The notes beneath the pieces are model-generated. The model did no database searches and had not been told where the DNA came from. It saw only the letters and a program-made list of their open reading frames with translations. Of a stretch of 64,000 bases of DNA, positions 1-12,785 are shown one piece after another. A program made the position numbers and the translations under genes. Where the stretch lies: NCBI RefSeq assembly GCF_006345805.1, contig NC_043001.1, forward strand, positions 40,734,001 through 40,798,000, given 5' to 3'. Every line of letters begins with the position of its first letter. Within the stretch, counting starts at the first letter, position 1. This stretch comes from Octopus sinensis. Its lineage: Eukaryota.

Positions 1-1769
1 TATATCACACTATACCTGAATAAAAGATAAGCTGTTCATGGAGGTAAAGCCTTTGATTATTGGTTGTCTTGGTCATTCATTGTCTTAATCAGGACTGACC
101 TACGGCTAAAGAACAACAATAATAACAACTTAATTTAACCAATATCAAATCTGTTGACACAATGTGACTTTTCATTGTAATCCATGATTATGAAACTTGA
201 ACTTCTATATCAAATGTTATTGCTACTACTATACTTCTGAGTTATACCAATAATACAGTATTGATTCTTTACTTAGCTATTTCCTATCCACTGAACAGGA
301 AATCTATCTATTAATGTTAACTGGTCAATTAACTTTAAAAACAGTGCTGAGATCTGTTCTATTCACCATTTCTCTTGATTACTTCATCCTTTTTACTTTG
401 GACAGTAGCTGTGTGACTCGACCACTTCATGCAGATTATAGTAAAGTGGACACAGACATACTTGATGTAGTATGCCAATAAATTTTAAATCACACCCTTT
501 GTGTAATTTTAATTAATTAGTGATGAGAACAAATCTTTTCCTGACTAATTTTGGTAAGCAAAAAAAAAAAAAAAAAGAAAAAGCAAGGGATGACAACTCC
601 AAAATTTGATTAATTAAATGCAATGAGGAGTGTGTCTGATGTTTAGCAGTAAAATGATAGCCACAGACATGTTAGTCCTATTAGATGTAACAGTGGCTTC
701 TAGATCTGAGAATGACTCTTGTCCTTGACCAAGTTCATCTGATTTCCTGTTTTTTGATTGATTAAATTGAGCTCTCAATAAATTTAGTACATACAAAAAA
801 AAACCCCAAAAAAAACTAAGGACAGAGTAAAGGAAAAGAAAGGCATTCTATCCATAAAAGTGACGTTGAAATCCAAAATCAGAATTTTCCTCCTATCCCT
901 ATTCACGATTTGTAATAATTAAAATATTTATTCACTTTATTTGAAACATTTACAATATTTACTTAATATTTTTCTTTAGGACAACATAACCTCTGTTACT
1001 TCATAAGCTGTTGCTAGTGAAGTATAGAGCTTTATACCAAGAGGCAAATTAATATTTCTGAACAGCATGCTGACGCAAAAGCTTTTAGCAGAGTGTATCA
1101 GGCACCACAGTTGGTGATGTTGTTGATGGTGACGATAATATTGGAAATATGCAATACACAATAAAAGATTGGTTAAATATTTCTAAATTTAAAGTCTATT
1201 ATGCAGATGTAGTCTGCTTCAACATACAAAAAAAAAAAAAAAAGAACTTCAAGGTAAATGAAACCCCCTTTTTTAACTAACCAGATGAAATTCATGTGAT
1301 AAATTTCAAGAAAAATATAACAGATCTGTTTCTCCCATAAATTAAATTTTTAATGAATTTAAAAAAAAAAAGACAAATAAGAATTGATTGAACTTTTCTA
1401 ACTGTGACAATTGGAATTGTTAACTTATACCACTATGGGCATGAGAATGAACATTTTCTACTGTTAGAATTCGTACATTAATAAACTCATCTCATGCATT
1501 GATGAGAATTTAGAAAATGAGTTATATAATTCAGTTTCAACATTCCAATCTAATTTTCTGAAACTTGTCAAAGAACAAGTATGACAAAGATCTTATTAAA
1601 TTTTTATGAAATCTTTACACATTTTTAAAGTTATAAAGGACAAACTGTAAAAGAACAAATTACAAAAACAAAGCTTATATATATATATATATATATGAGT
1701 TTTTCTAAGGTCAAGTCTTGCTAGTGAAACAAAATTTCTTATGAGTATGAAAAAAGTCACTCTTTTACT

Positions 1770-1995
1770 CTCTTTTTACTCTTTTACTTGTTTCAGTCAT
1801 TTGACTGTGACCATACAGGAGCACCGCCTTTAGTCAAGCAAATTGACCCCAGAACTTATTCTTTGTAAGCCTAGTACTTATTCTATCGGTCTCTTTTGTT
1901 GAACCGCTAAGTTACAGGGACGTAAACACACCAGCATCAGTTGTCAAGCGATGTTGGGGGGACAAACACAGACACACAAACGTAGACACACAAAC

Positions 1996-2028
<33 letters not shown>

Positions 2029-2193
2029 CATATATACGACAGGCTTCTTTCAGTTTCCGTCTACCAAATCCACTCAGAAGGTCAGCCCAAGGCTATAGTA
2101 GAAGACACTTGCCCAAGGTGCCACGTAGTGGGACTGAACCCGGAACCATGTGGTTTGTAAGCAACCTACTTACCACGCAGCCACTCCTACGCC
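1770..2193 (-). mobile_element. tRNA-derived octopus SINE (family A), near full length
   Basis: tRNA-like head GGCGTAGGAGTGGCTGCGTGGTAAGTAG..GGTTCAGTCCCAC, core CACCTTGGGCAAGT, internal TA/CA microsatellite and (AAAAGAGT)n tail. The family recurs more than 15 times in the window. Confidence 0.85.
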
Positions 2194-2202
2194 TTAAAAA
2201 AT

Positions 2203-2322
2203 ATGCTTACAGCACCTAGGTTTCCCAAGCGGTCACCCATCTAAGTACTAACTAGGGTCGATGTTGCTTAACTTCGGTAATCGGACAAGAACCGGTGTTT
2301 TCAACTTGATATGGCCGTAAGC
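2203..2322 (-). pseudogene. 5S rRNA orphon/pseudogene, full length (120 nt), followed by TTTTTT
   Basis: Minus strand GCTTACGGCCATATCAAGTTGAAAACACCGGTTCTTGTCCGATTACCGAAGTTAAGCAAC...GATGGGTGACCGCTTGGGAAACCTAGGTGCTGTAAGCAT is recognisable 5S. Helix I pairs, helix II has mismatches, and the copy is isolated. Confidence 0.9.
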
Positions 2323-2629
2323 ACTGTAGAATTATATAAACTATAGTTGATCCCCCCAACCCCAAAAAAAAATCATTATAAAGATTATTATGTAATGATA
2401 AAGTAATGGTATGTTGTCAACTTAATGTGACAGTCCCACAAAAGGGAAGAATGCTACTGCTATTTAGCCCCAGGAAACACCATTTCCAGTTGGCCATGAC
2501 ACATTTTCTGTGTCCTTATGTTTTCAAAGGGAGAGATAAGCACCTCCACCCAGCAAAGCCAGCACTCAGAGACTAGTTTAAGACTCATTGCTCATCATCA
2601 GTCTGGAGTAGCATGGTTTGCTAGGTGAA

Positions 2630-3061
2630 TTTTTTATTAAGAAAATAAATGTCACACATACATGGTACAGCACAAAACAACACATACAAAAAAGTTAATA
2701 GGAGTTCAAATGATCCTCATTTAAAAATTTTAATGATTAATTTTAATTTATAGTCTTTTTCCTTTTGGGGAGGGGATTATACCTGGTTGCTAAAAAGGTC
2801 CAGTGACTACCCCTTTCCTTTTTTTTCCAGTGCAGATTAAGTAAGGTTACTTGCACCCACCTTTCTTAAAACAGCCTTCCATCTTTCCTCAAACACACTT
2901 TGCAACAGGATCCTTCTCTCCAGCTCTATCTTGCTCTTCAGATGATAACTGAAGAATTGTAGCAAACCAGAGCTAGAGAGGAAGGATCCCATCATGAGTC
3001 CTTGCATTCTAGTCTTCCACATATATTCTTTCAGCACAGCAACTGTACAGAAAAAACACAC
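2630..3061 (-). mobile_element. Tx1/L1-like LINE 3' fragment (ORF2 C-terminus plus 3' UTR)
   Basis: ORF 2837-3061 (KEYMWKTRMQGL..FFSYHLKSKIELERRIL..FEERWKAV) resembles Tx1-type ORF2 ends. It is followed by a T-rich UTR and AATAAAAAA. Family assignment is from memory. Confidence 0.55.
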
Positions 3062-3195
3062 CTCACCTTCCTTCTTTTAAATAAGGTTCATTTGAACTCA
3101 CATTAACTTCATTTGTATGTGTTGTTTTGTGCTGTACCATGTATGTGTGACATTTATTTTCTTAATAAAAAATTCAGCTAACAAGCCATGCTACT

Positions 3196-3236
3196 CCAGA
3201 CTGATGATGAGCAATGACTCTGAAACTAGTCTCTGG
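3196..3236 (+). ncRNA. Minimal type I hammerhead-ribozyme-like motif (Penelope type)
   Basis: CCAGA-CTGATGA-tGAGcaatgaCTCt-GAAACTAGTC-TCTGG. It has a 5-bp stem I, intact core, palindromic ACTAGT stem III and a GUC site. Stem II is weak (3 bp). Confidence 0.6.
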
Positions 3237-3592
3237 TTGCTGGCTTTGCTGGGTGGGGGTGCTTATATCCCCCTTTGAAAATATAAGGACAGAGAAAATG
3301 TGTCATGGCCAATAGGAAATGGTGTTTCCTGGTGCTAAATAGCAGTAGCATTCTTCCCTTTCATGGGACTGTCACATTAAGTTGACAACATACCATCACT
3401 TTATCATGCTGCTACTGTATAGATAGATATCTCTGGGAGGTTTAGAAATGTAATATTTCTATTTATGTAATGATATTTTTCTACAATTAAATCAGTATGG
3501 ACTAGAACTCTGGTATCTTACAACAAATGAATTGATTGCTTCATCACAAGTACAGATACATGAAAAATTTATCACTGTCTTTAATGACTTAC

Positions 3593-3653
3593 CAACAGGG
3601 TCAATGTGAGAAAGATGGTCAATAAAATCCCGTTTGCCGAGGTACGCTGTGAT
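3593..3653 (-). CDS. ARRB1: Beta-arrestin coding exon 3 (61 nt): ITAYLGKRDFIDHLSHIDPV(D)
   Basis: Minus strand reads ttttctcttattcttcag|ATCACAGCGTACCTCGGCAAACGGGATTTTATTGACCATCTTTCTCACATTGACCCTGTTG|gtaagt. It contains the arrestin signature YLGKRDFxDH, is in frame with exon 2, and has phase 0/1. Confidence 0.96.
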
Positions 3654-3876
3654 CTGAAGAATAAGAGAAAATAAAAAGCAATAATAAATTAGATGTTCTT
3701 CAAGATATAAGAGTTGTAAAGATATAACGGTTAAAATATAGTAAGGTGATGTATTAAGCTACAGTATTGAACTACACAGGTAACCTACAATAAGAGATGC
3801 TTAGGATATGAAATGCAAAATTACACTAGCTACTTATATTTTGTAAATATTGATCTATGAATCTTTTCAGGCAATA

Positions 3877-4210
3877 TTGGGGCACCACTCTAAATTTTTA
3901 GTTGAATGAATCAATCAACTCCAGTACTTCTTTTTTTTAAGCCTGGCATTTATTCTATTGGTTTCTTTTAGCTGAACTGCTAAGTTACATGGATGTAAAC
4001 ACACCAACACCAGTTGTCAAGCAGTGGTGGAGGGACAAACAGACACAAAGACACAGATAGATATATATACATGTATATATACTATAGACTTCTTTCAGTT
4101 TCCATCTACCAAATCTACTCACAAGGCTTTTGTTGGCTTGAGACCATAGTAGAAGTCACTTGCCCAAGGTGCCACACAGTGGGACTGAATTTGGAACCAT
4201 GTGGTTGGTA
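3877..4210 (-). mobile_element. Family A SINE, degenerate
   Basis: Colinear with 1770-2193. Confidence 0.75.
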
Positions 4211-4461
4211 AATTTTCATATAAGATTTAAATTTTTCTTTTTTAATTTGTTATCAATGGGTAAGTTTACTTTTGAGGTAAAGAAAGGATTTCTTTGAACC
4301 AGACAAGATAAAAAAGGCTAATTTTTATTAAAAAAAAAAACAATGAATTAATTCCAATTTTATTACTGCTTTCATTTTATCAATTGTGAATAAAAAAAAT
4401 GAATTAGATTTGAATTTGCAACTGAAAGGATTAAATCTAAAAACTGCAATGTGCAAGTGTG

Positions 4462-4745
4462 GCAGTGTAGTACAAAGTTTGCTTCCCAATGACATGGTTC
4501 TGAGTTCAATTCCAGTGCACCTTGGAGTGGGAGGCAGTAAATAACAGAAACCTGTTGTATATATTCATATATATATATGTGCATGTGTATGTGTGTGTGT
4601 GTCCTCAACCACTGTTTAACAACTGGTGTCAGTTTGCTTACATCCCTATAACTTAGAACAGTTTGACATTAGTGACCGATAGGATAAGTATCAAACTCAA
4701 AAAAATAAATCCTGAGGTTGATTCATTCAAGGCAGTGTCTCAGCA
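4462..4745 (+). mobile_element. Family A SINE, degenerate, opposite orientation
   Basis: Head remnant catggttctgagttcaattcc..caccttgg and body gatagGATAAGTATCA. Confidence 0.6.
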
Positions 4746-7700
4746 AGTAAAAAATTAAATACTGAAACAGGTGAAAAATGAAATACTTTTTAGTAGATGT
4801 TCTTCCCTCTTGGCCAGCTCCGCTTCCCTTATCAGATAAATATATAATGAGGAACAGTTTGGTTATCAAAATAATGTGTGAATATAAAACGAGTATTCTC
4901 ATAGGAATTTCCTAGAAATACTAAGTTATTAATTAATTTGAAATCCTCTAATGTAATTCAGTAGCAACAGAATTTATCTTGGAAATAAACTAGTCACATA
5001 CTAGTTGCTATGATATTTCCTCCAATGTACTTCAAGTACAGCTTTATATGGTGTGTGTGTGTGTGTGTGTGTATGAAAAAACTCTCTTAAATCAGTAGTG
5101 CGCAATTGCACTTACAAGTAAATATGTGGGCAGTCATGCAATTTTCATGACTTTCAATATCTTCATTTACAGGAAGATAAAAAGTTATAAACCCAATAAA
5201 GGAAAAAAAAAAAAAATTCTTAGAAAGAAAATGAAGAATGAGGAACATTGAAAGTACACAGAACAGTGAATGTACACACGTATAGACACATATCTGTGCA
5301 AGCACAAACAAATATTGTTAATATTTATATAGTACCTTATAAAATTGTTAGTGATTATGTCAAGCATAAATATCAATAGAATCTTGGTAAAATAATACCA
5401 CTAAAAACAACAATTAGTACTTATTATGACCTTGAGGGAGTCTTGAAAATAAGAAAGTAGTTTGTTCATCACAGTAAAAAAAAATGTACTTTGCAATTCA
5501 ATATTATATAAACAATATATCTAATGGATGCTTTAAAAGGTAGAGTAGATGTTTGGATAGACAGATAAAAAACAAACAAACAAAAACCTTCAGCATCATA
5601 TGTGTACCAATCAAGCCAAACAATTTATATGGTTGCTCAAGCTGCTAGAAACAGCAGTCAAATTTCACTTAAATTACATTAGAATCTACATTAAAACTGA
5701 TGACATGTAAGACAACACTGGTTAATGTAGCATCAGGAACATGATGACTGAAACTAAAATGATGGGATGCAAAAGGATGGAATACATTTGATTATAGATC
5801 TTCACAATTAAAACTAATCCAGAGTTAAAAAAAAAAGATAATTAACAGCAGCATGTCAGTTTCTCAAGTAACACCAGTGAACATTCAGTGTGGAAACTTT
5901 GGCTTATAAATAAGTATTGAAACTAACAGAATCAGATGTATTAAATTACTATTCTATCAGGGATGCACTGTATGTACACAAGGCAAAGAGTATGGGCTTC
6001 AAATGACCTCAGTGTTGTGGCTTTGTTTAAATAGAGTTAGGTGAAAGTAGTTTTAACAATAACAAATAATGGAGAAAATCTGCAGCCTAGGGGTGAATTA
6101 GTTCTACAGGAAGAACAGAAATTCATAGAACTGTTACAATAGACTGCCTCATTTTAAACACACACACGTGCACAAGCATGCACTCACACACACACATACA
6201 CACACAATCCTCAGCAAACATACATGCACAGGTGCACATTCATGTCCATGTACAGACACAGTCATACACACAATATACTTATAAGAAATGATTTGGATGA
6301 AAGGAGATGAAAAAACATGCAAGGTAATTGTGAAATATCAATTATGATGTAATTAAGAAATATATTTAAAAATATAAAATATTAATATTTTTTTCTTAAG
6401 CAAAAGAAAACTAACCATGGTCTGCCTATATATCTGCCAGTATTACAAAATAAATAAATAAATAAAATAAAAACAGTAAGAAAGAAAAGATTTTAAAAAT
6501 TGATGACTTCTTAATTATGCATGATATACTGTAGTTAAGAAGGAGCAGGTGCAAAACCTCTGGCATGGAATCTTAGAATATGAGGACAATTTAATTAGGC
6601 ATGAAACCTTAAGCTAACAGAGTTGAATGTCTTGAGTTTATTGCAATGCTTATAAACTCAATGTTTGGCTCTTATACATATCAGAGAAATAATAATGATA
6701 ATGATCTTAAATAAATCATAATTTCCCAAAGTATAGCAATGCTGCAATCTGAATAAGTCCTCATAGTTTGGGAATAATAAAATTGCTGTGCTGAGAGGTC
6801 TCTATGTGGTCCTCAAGCTGCTAAAAAAAAGCAACCAAATCTCTCCTTCAAATCGCAGTACCTCATGGAGATTCAATCATTGCTATTGTTATTATAGTAT
6901 AAAGTTATTTACATTCTTCTTTAAACCCAATATGAAACTGCATGCATACAATATCATCAAAATGATACTTCAAAATTCCAATATTTTTTAGTGTTAGCAT
7001 ATAATGCAAAATATTCAAATGAACGGTGTCTTTGAACAGGTCTTTGATGGGAGTAGAACAACACAGATTAAAGTCAGTAGACGGTTCATTGTTTTGTGTA
7101 TTTGTAGTTATGTTGGTGTTCACCCAATTGAACTAGTTCCAATCAATGAATCCACAGTATTGCAAACAGAAGCCAACTATGCTCAGTGATCACAAAATGT
7201 CTGATACAGTGAATGTCAATTAGTCATGATTTTAATGGAGAATAGCATGTATGCAAGGATATCAATTTAACATCAGACTTAAGCATACTAAACCACATTT
7301 TCAACTACTTCACTTGCTGTTTATGCTGTCCCAAAAGGCACTTTGGTATGGCTACATCATAGATGAATTTGCTCTGTGGATAACAGTGAATGATCACACC
7401 AGCAAAGGTATTTTTTAAACAAGAGCTGCAAAGACAATCAATATGGCCATAATAATCTTCAAAATTTGACAAAATCCAAAGCAAGAACATGAAGGATTTG
7501 GCAAGAGTAAAACTGGTCAAATACTTCCAGCTTATGTATGTTTGCCACTCTCATAGTCTTGCTTCACAAGACTAGCATGGTGCAAAATCATGCTCAACAC
7601 ATGCAAAATTTTGTGTCTACATGAATGTGTCCTGGTCTAAAGCTGGCTGTTGATAATGAAAGAGTGCAACAACAAAGCACTTGAATTGATCAAATGCATT

Positions 7701-8859
7701 CAGAATCTCACCAATGAGTATGATGAGGCCCTTTAAGAAGGTGAGCTACCAGTGAGTACAAATTTTGTCTTAGCAGCATTGATTTTCATGCCAGCATACG
7801 ATGCATACACACAGATGCATTGAATGACTAATTGGATACCCACATACCTGTTGCCAGTTATTGCAAAGTTGTCAGCTTAGTTGAGGTTTATTAGTTTATA
7901 GTGTTTGATTGGGTTACTATTATAGAACTCTATCGGAAACCAAGGTTGACAAGTCAAGGCAATTTTCAGAAATATTGATTCTCTCAGTTTCAGAACTTTC
8001 ATCATACCTAACTGTAGCCTTAACTGAAGTTAGGTCTGATGATATATCTCATTATAAACTTAAAAATTAACATTTCTATGACTGAAACTAAAATACTTTA
8101 ACTGAAACAAAAGCCATCTATTTTGGAAGTGCTGAATAATTTCTTTATTAGAATGCAACACAACATAATGGTACAGAGTATATATGCTGATTGTACTAAA
8201 TAACTTGTAGGAAAGCATTGTGTTAACTAAGTTGACTAAGTTGGGCTACAAATAAGTGTCTAAGTAGGTAAATTTATTAACTATTACTGACAGCAAGATA
8301 TACTGTGCTCATCAGGTTGAGTTACTGGGTTCCTTAAAGTCTCAGAGTATTCCATTCACTTCCACTAAAATATACATCAGATCAGATAATTTAAATTTGA
8401 GATTTCATAATTACAGTTTTAAAATCAATCTGATGAGAGATGGCATGATTTTCTACCTGAAGAGTAAAGTCATAAGTCAGAGAATCTTTCAGGGTTATTT
8501 CCAAAAAAAAAAATGATCCTGATGTATAGCTGAAGTTAAAGCTAGTGCTTTGTTTTCTCCATTTTGATCTATATATAGGAAGAAGAGATTCCAATTATGA
8601 ATAAATTATAAAAATATTTGGTTTCTTTATGTGTCAGCTGTAAAGCTTTTAAAGTTACAGTCTAAGCTGAGTTTCTGATGAGATCTCATGCATTCATCAT
8701 CAGACTACACTATTAATTGCTTACATGTGTCAAGATTGTATCACCTTATGTCTTCATTAGCCAGTGAATGAAAGCAGAAATAATTTCAAAATATTCTGCG
8801 GAAACAGAGTTTGTCAAGAGTATCAAATAAGTTTCTTCAAATTTATTTTTTATTTATGT

Positions 8860-9148
8860 GCTCTTTTCAAGCCTAGCCAGGCTCATGGGCTTGGTTTCCC
8901 GGTTTCTGTGGCATACGTGTTTCCCCCAGTTGGACGGGAATCCAGTCTATCGAAGCATTACTCAAGAAACAGGAAGAGAGAGTGAGAGAAAGTTGGGGCG
9001 AAAAAGTACAACAGGGGTTGCCACCACCTCCTGCCGGAGCCTTGTGGAGCTTTAGGTGTTTTCGCTCAATGAACACACACAACGCCCGGTCTGGGAATTG
9101 AAACTGCGATCCCCTGACCGCAAGTCCGCTGCCTTAACCACTGGTTAC
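8860..9148 (-). mobile_element. tRNA-derived SINE (family D)
   Basis: Minus strand head CAGTGGTTAAGGCAGCGGACTTGCGGTCAGGGGATCGCAGTTTCAATTCCC with A/B-box-like motifs, followed by a non-tRNA body. CpG-rich. Confidence 0.75.
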
Positions 9149-9205
9149 CTTTACACTACCTTTATACTATATAAACTTGCAAGTGTAACCGTGTGTATTG
9201 GTACA

Positions 9206-9680
9206 GGCATAGCTGTGTGGTTGAGAAGTTTGCTTTCTAACAACATGGTTTCAGGCTCAGTCTCATTGTCTGGCACCTTGGGTGTCTTCTACTATAGTTC
9301 TAAGCTAATCAAAGCCTTGTGAGTGGGTTTGGTAGATGGAGACTGAAAGAAGCCCATCATGTATGCATGTATACATATATGTGTGTATGTATGTATGTAT
9401 TTATGTACATATGTGTGTGTGTATGTGTGTGTGAGTCTGAGAGAGTGAATGTTTGTGTCTCTTCGTCTACACATCACATGATAGTTGTAAATGAGTATCA
9501 CTGCCATACAAGCAGTGTCATTCATTTCCAATAGTCTGAAACATCGAGTCTGGGAAATATTACCTTGGAAACGGGTGAAGGTTGGCAACAAAAAAAAATA
9601 TCTGGCCATAGAAAATCTGCTTCAATAAACTCTGTTTGACCTGTGCAAGCATGGAAAAGTGAATGTTATGATGATGATGA
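9206..9680 (+). mobile_element. Family A-related SINE with (GAT)n tail
   Basis: Head gctgtgtggttgagaag, core caccttggg, tail gcaagcatggaaaagtg followed by (gat)n. Confidence 0.75.
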
Positions 9681-10218
9681 TGAGGATAATGATGACTATG
9701 ATGATAACAATTATGATGAAAGACAGTTAATTCTCAAAGGTACATACATGAAGCGCCAGAAGATGATGGCGTAACAGTGAGATTTCCTGGTCATAATGTA
9801 CATTGCTTAACAACAGTCTCATCTTTAGTAAATTAAATAGAAATGACAATTTAAATCAGGCCATGATTTACTAAAAATTCCACTGACATCTGCAGACAGA
9901 CTGTAAAGAGTAGCAGCAGTTAACAAGCAACACCAACATTTCATGGAGATTCAACAATTTCTATTGTTACTACTTTAAAAATTATTACAGATATACTGCT
10001 GCATAAATTCAAACTAACCAAAACAATTTTATCTGGCAAACACGTCAGATTTCTAGCATACTTTTCAGTATCTTAGCCATTATCAATAAAGATGCTATTA
10101 TTTAGCATAGGTCAGATTTGATCAAACAAACCTATGAATTAAGATGTTCCAGACATTTTTATTCAATCTTTTATAGACATCAGGTATTCAATACTAATGT
10201 GACCTTCCTTTTTCTTAA

Positions 10219-10438
10219 CCCTTTAGCATTCAGATTTCTTTGTCAAATGTGATGCTTATTTATATACATCGTTTTGAATTAATCATGCATTACCTCGTAG
10301 CTTCAAGATTTTAATGGTATGTTTGTATATTTTTAGAATAACATTGTAGGGTAGGGGTGAGAGGCTGGATGAGGTCAGTTTTAACATAAACCAGGTAAAA
10401 CATTTAGATCAGACATGGCCAGATTAAATGCTAAAGGT
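10219..10438. mobile_element. piggyBac-like MITE
   Basis: TTAA|CCCTTTAGCATT ... AATGCTAAAGGT|TTAA, giving a terminal inverted repeat and a TTAA target duplication. Confidence 0.75.
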
Positions 10439-10877
10439 TTAAAGATGATAGAGTGTTCTTTCAGAGAAATTTAGCTGGTATTTCTAGCAGGCTGAGTGAT
10501 AGCTCTAGTAGGTTTTGGAGGTATTTGGTTCTAACTTTAATTCCTCTCGCAGACAAAACTATTTTTGTTGATCTTAACAACACTGGTATTATATTCATCC
10601 TCTTTAGTGATGACTTCAGTTTTTTTAGACAATTGTTTTTTGTTTGTAAATTTATAACAAATCATTTTATTATCTCTGAACAGCATTTTCTGGATATTTT
10701 ATCATCTTAAAATTGCAGTATTGTGGGTTTTAGATTATTATTTAATTGATTAAAATTGTTGTGGAAGATAGCTTAGACTAAAATAATTGTTTTTTCAATC
10801 ACCTAACTTAAATTTTTCAGTTTCCTGCATACAGTGGTTTACATTTCCTACTTTTGTTTTTGTTCTGTCAATTACCA

Positions 10878-10917
<40 letters not shown>

Positions 10918-10931
10918 ACACACACACACAA

Positions 10932-11340
10932 AGGCATAGATGTGGCTTTATGGTTAAGAAGCTTGTTTCTGAACCATGTGATTTTGGATTCTTCCATTGT
11001 GTGGTTCTTGGGCAAATATCTTATACTATAGCCCTTGACCAACCAAACTTGTGAGTAGATTTATTAGATGGAAACTGAAAAATGCTGGTCATACATATGT
11101 GTATATATGTGTTTGTGTGTACCCTTGTCTAGGCTTCACATAATGGTTGTAAATAAGCATTATCATTGTACAAGCAAAGCTGTTTGTTTTCAGTCTTCTT
11201 TGTAAAAAATGTTTAGCTATGGGAAAAAATGAGGGTTGGCAACTAGAAAGCCATCCAGCTGCAGAAAATCTGCCTCAACAAATTCTCTCTGATCCCTGCG
11301 AGCATGGAAATCAGGACATTAAATGATGATGATGATGATG
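10932..11340 (+). mobile_element. Family A-related SINE
   Basis: Same head, core and tail as 9206-9680. Confidence 0.7.
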
Positions 11341-11984
11341 ATTGCTTTAGTAACAAACCATAAGTACTACTTCAAGCATAGAACCCACTATGGTGAAACA
11401 CTGGCTATGATGATCAGAGCATGTGGTTAGAATGAAAGAAGAGAGGTTCTTCTGCCAGATTTTCTCTAGTGAATTAACCATCGGAAACGGACCACAAGGT
11501 TGTCCTCTCTGCTATTACAAACACAAGCTACAGTTAATCCTCAAAATGGTTGAAATTGAGACAAAAACATGGTAAAGAAGCTCGGAAGTGTTTCAAATGT
11601 GTCACTCTATCACCATCTGGAATGACCCTTTTAAAGTTGCCACAACCATGACTTCTGTCAACAACTCTTCTTTGCTATTTTTATTCTAGCCTCTTTTGTG
11701 TAAGGATTGTCCTTGTCAGTCATTAAAACTATCAACATGGAGTACCCACTTAATTGAGAGGAAACTTGACATTCATGGACATGGGAAGCAACTAGTAATG
11801 TATGTATGCACATGTGCTTTAACAAGTAATCATAGATATGTACTTATACCAACAAAACATTGTTATCTTATACCCCACTTAAACATGAATAGCATGCATG
11901 TAGCTGGAGCTCTCACAATCATTCCAAATGCTGGGTCTCACTATCAAGGAGAATTTTTCCTAACAAAAACAAATATTTAACATA

Positions 11985-12320
11985 AGTAGGAGTGTATACC
12001 AACAACTAACCCTTCTGTTAATGGTCAGAAGACTCTTCATCCCTCAAAAGCTATTCACTTTCTACAAAGCTCAAAGAGGTCCAGAAGCGAATCTTCCTTT
12101 CAAATCTGGGAGGGTGCTGCTGCATACAGGTACTCTAGACCATATATAGAAAAGGGCCATCTGACTGCTTGGTATAAATTCCCTCACAGACATGCTCTGG
12201 CTTCTGGTTCACTGCTTTGCTGTTACCTCTCTTCTATAATGTCACCTCTGCTTCTATAATGGCCTCTGCTCTTAGGGGCTCTTCTTTCCTAGGTTGTTGG
12301 CTACCTGGAACTCCCTCCCT
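11985..12320 (+). mobile_element. Highly degenerate Jockey/CR1-like LINE RT 3' fragment
   Basis: Residual LFTFYKAQ motif and a typical downstream UTR. Frameshifted. Confidence 0.4.
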
Positions 12321-12354
12321 ACTTATGTTTTATATATTTTAATTTTTTATATTA

Positions 12355-12785
12355 CTCTTTTATTTTGTTTCAGTCATTTAACTGCAGCCATGCTGGATCA
12401 CTGCCTTTAGTTGAACAAATCGACCCCAAGACTTATTCTTTGTAAGCTTAGTACTTATTCCATTGGTCTCTTTTGCCGAACCGCTAAGTTATGGGGACAT
12501 AAACACACCAACATCGGTTGTCAAGCAATAGTGGGGGGACAAACACAGATGCACAAACACACACATATATATATGACGGACTTCTTTCAGTTTCCATCTA
12601 CTAAATCCACTCACAAGGCTTTGGTCAGCCTGAGGTTATAGCAGAAGACACTTGTGCAAGGTGCCACGCAGTGGGACTGAACCCGGAACCATGTGGTTGG
12701 TAAGCAAGCTACTTACCACACCGCCACTCCTGCGCCTACAGCCACTTACCACACAGCCATTCCTACACCTATTAGCTACTTACCA
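12355..12785 (-). mobile_element. Family A SINE with short duplicated head fragments
   Basis: Colinear with 1770-2193. The segment cttaccac..agccactcc occurs three times at 12710-12800. Confidence 0.8.

Larger units (their letters stand above)
2395..3407. repeat. Inverted duplication: arms 2395-2726 and 3075-3407 (~332 bp, roughly 93% identical), 348-bp spacer
   Basis: Manual alignment of one arm with the reverse complement of the other gave about 24 differences. Confidence 0.95.

Noticed and set aside
976-1161. Possible next arrestin exon
   Set aside because: No frame gives the expected DGVxLVDPxYL. Exon 4 must lie beyond position 1.
7000-7860. Possible decayed transposase region
   Set aside because: It has coding-like composition, but I could identify no motif or terminal repeat.
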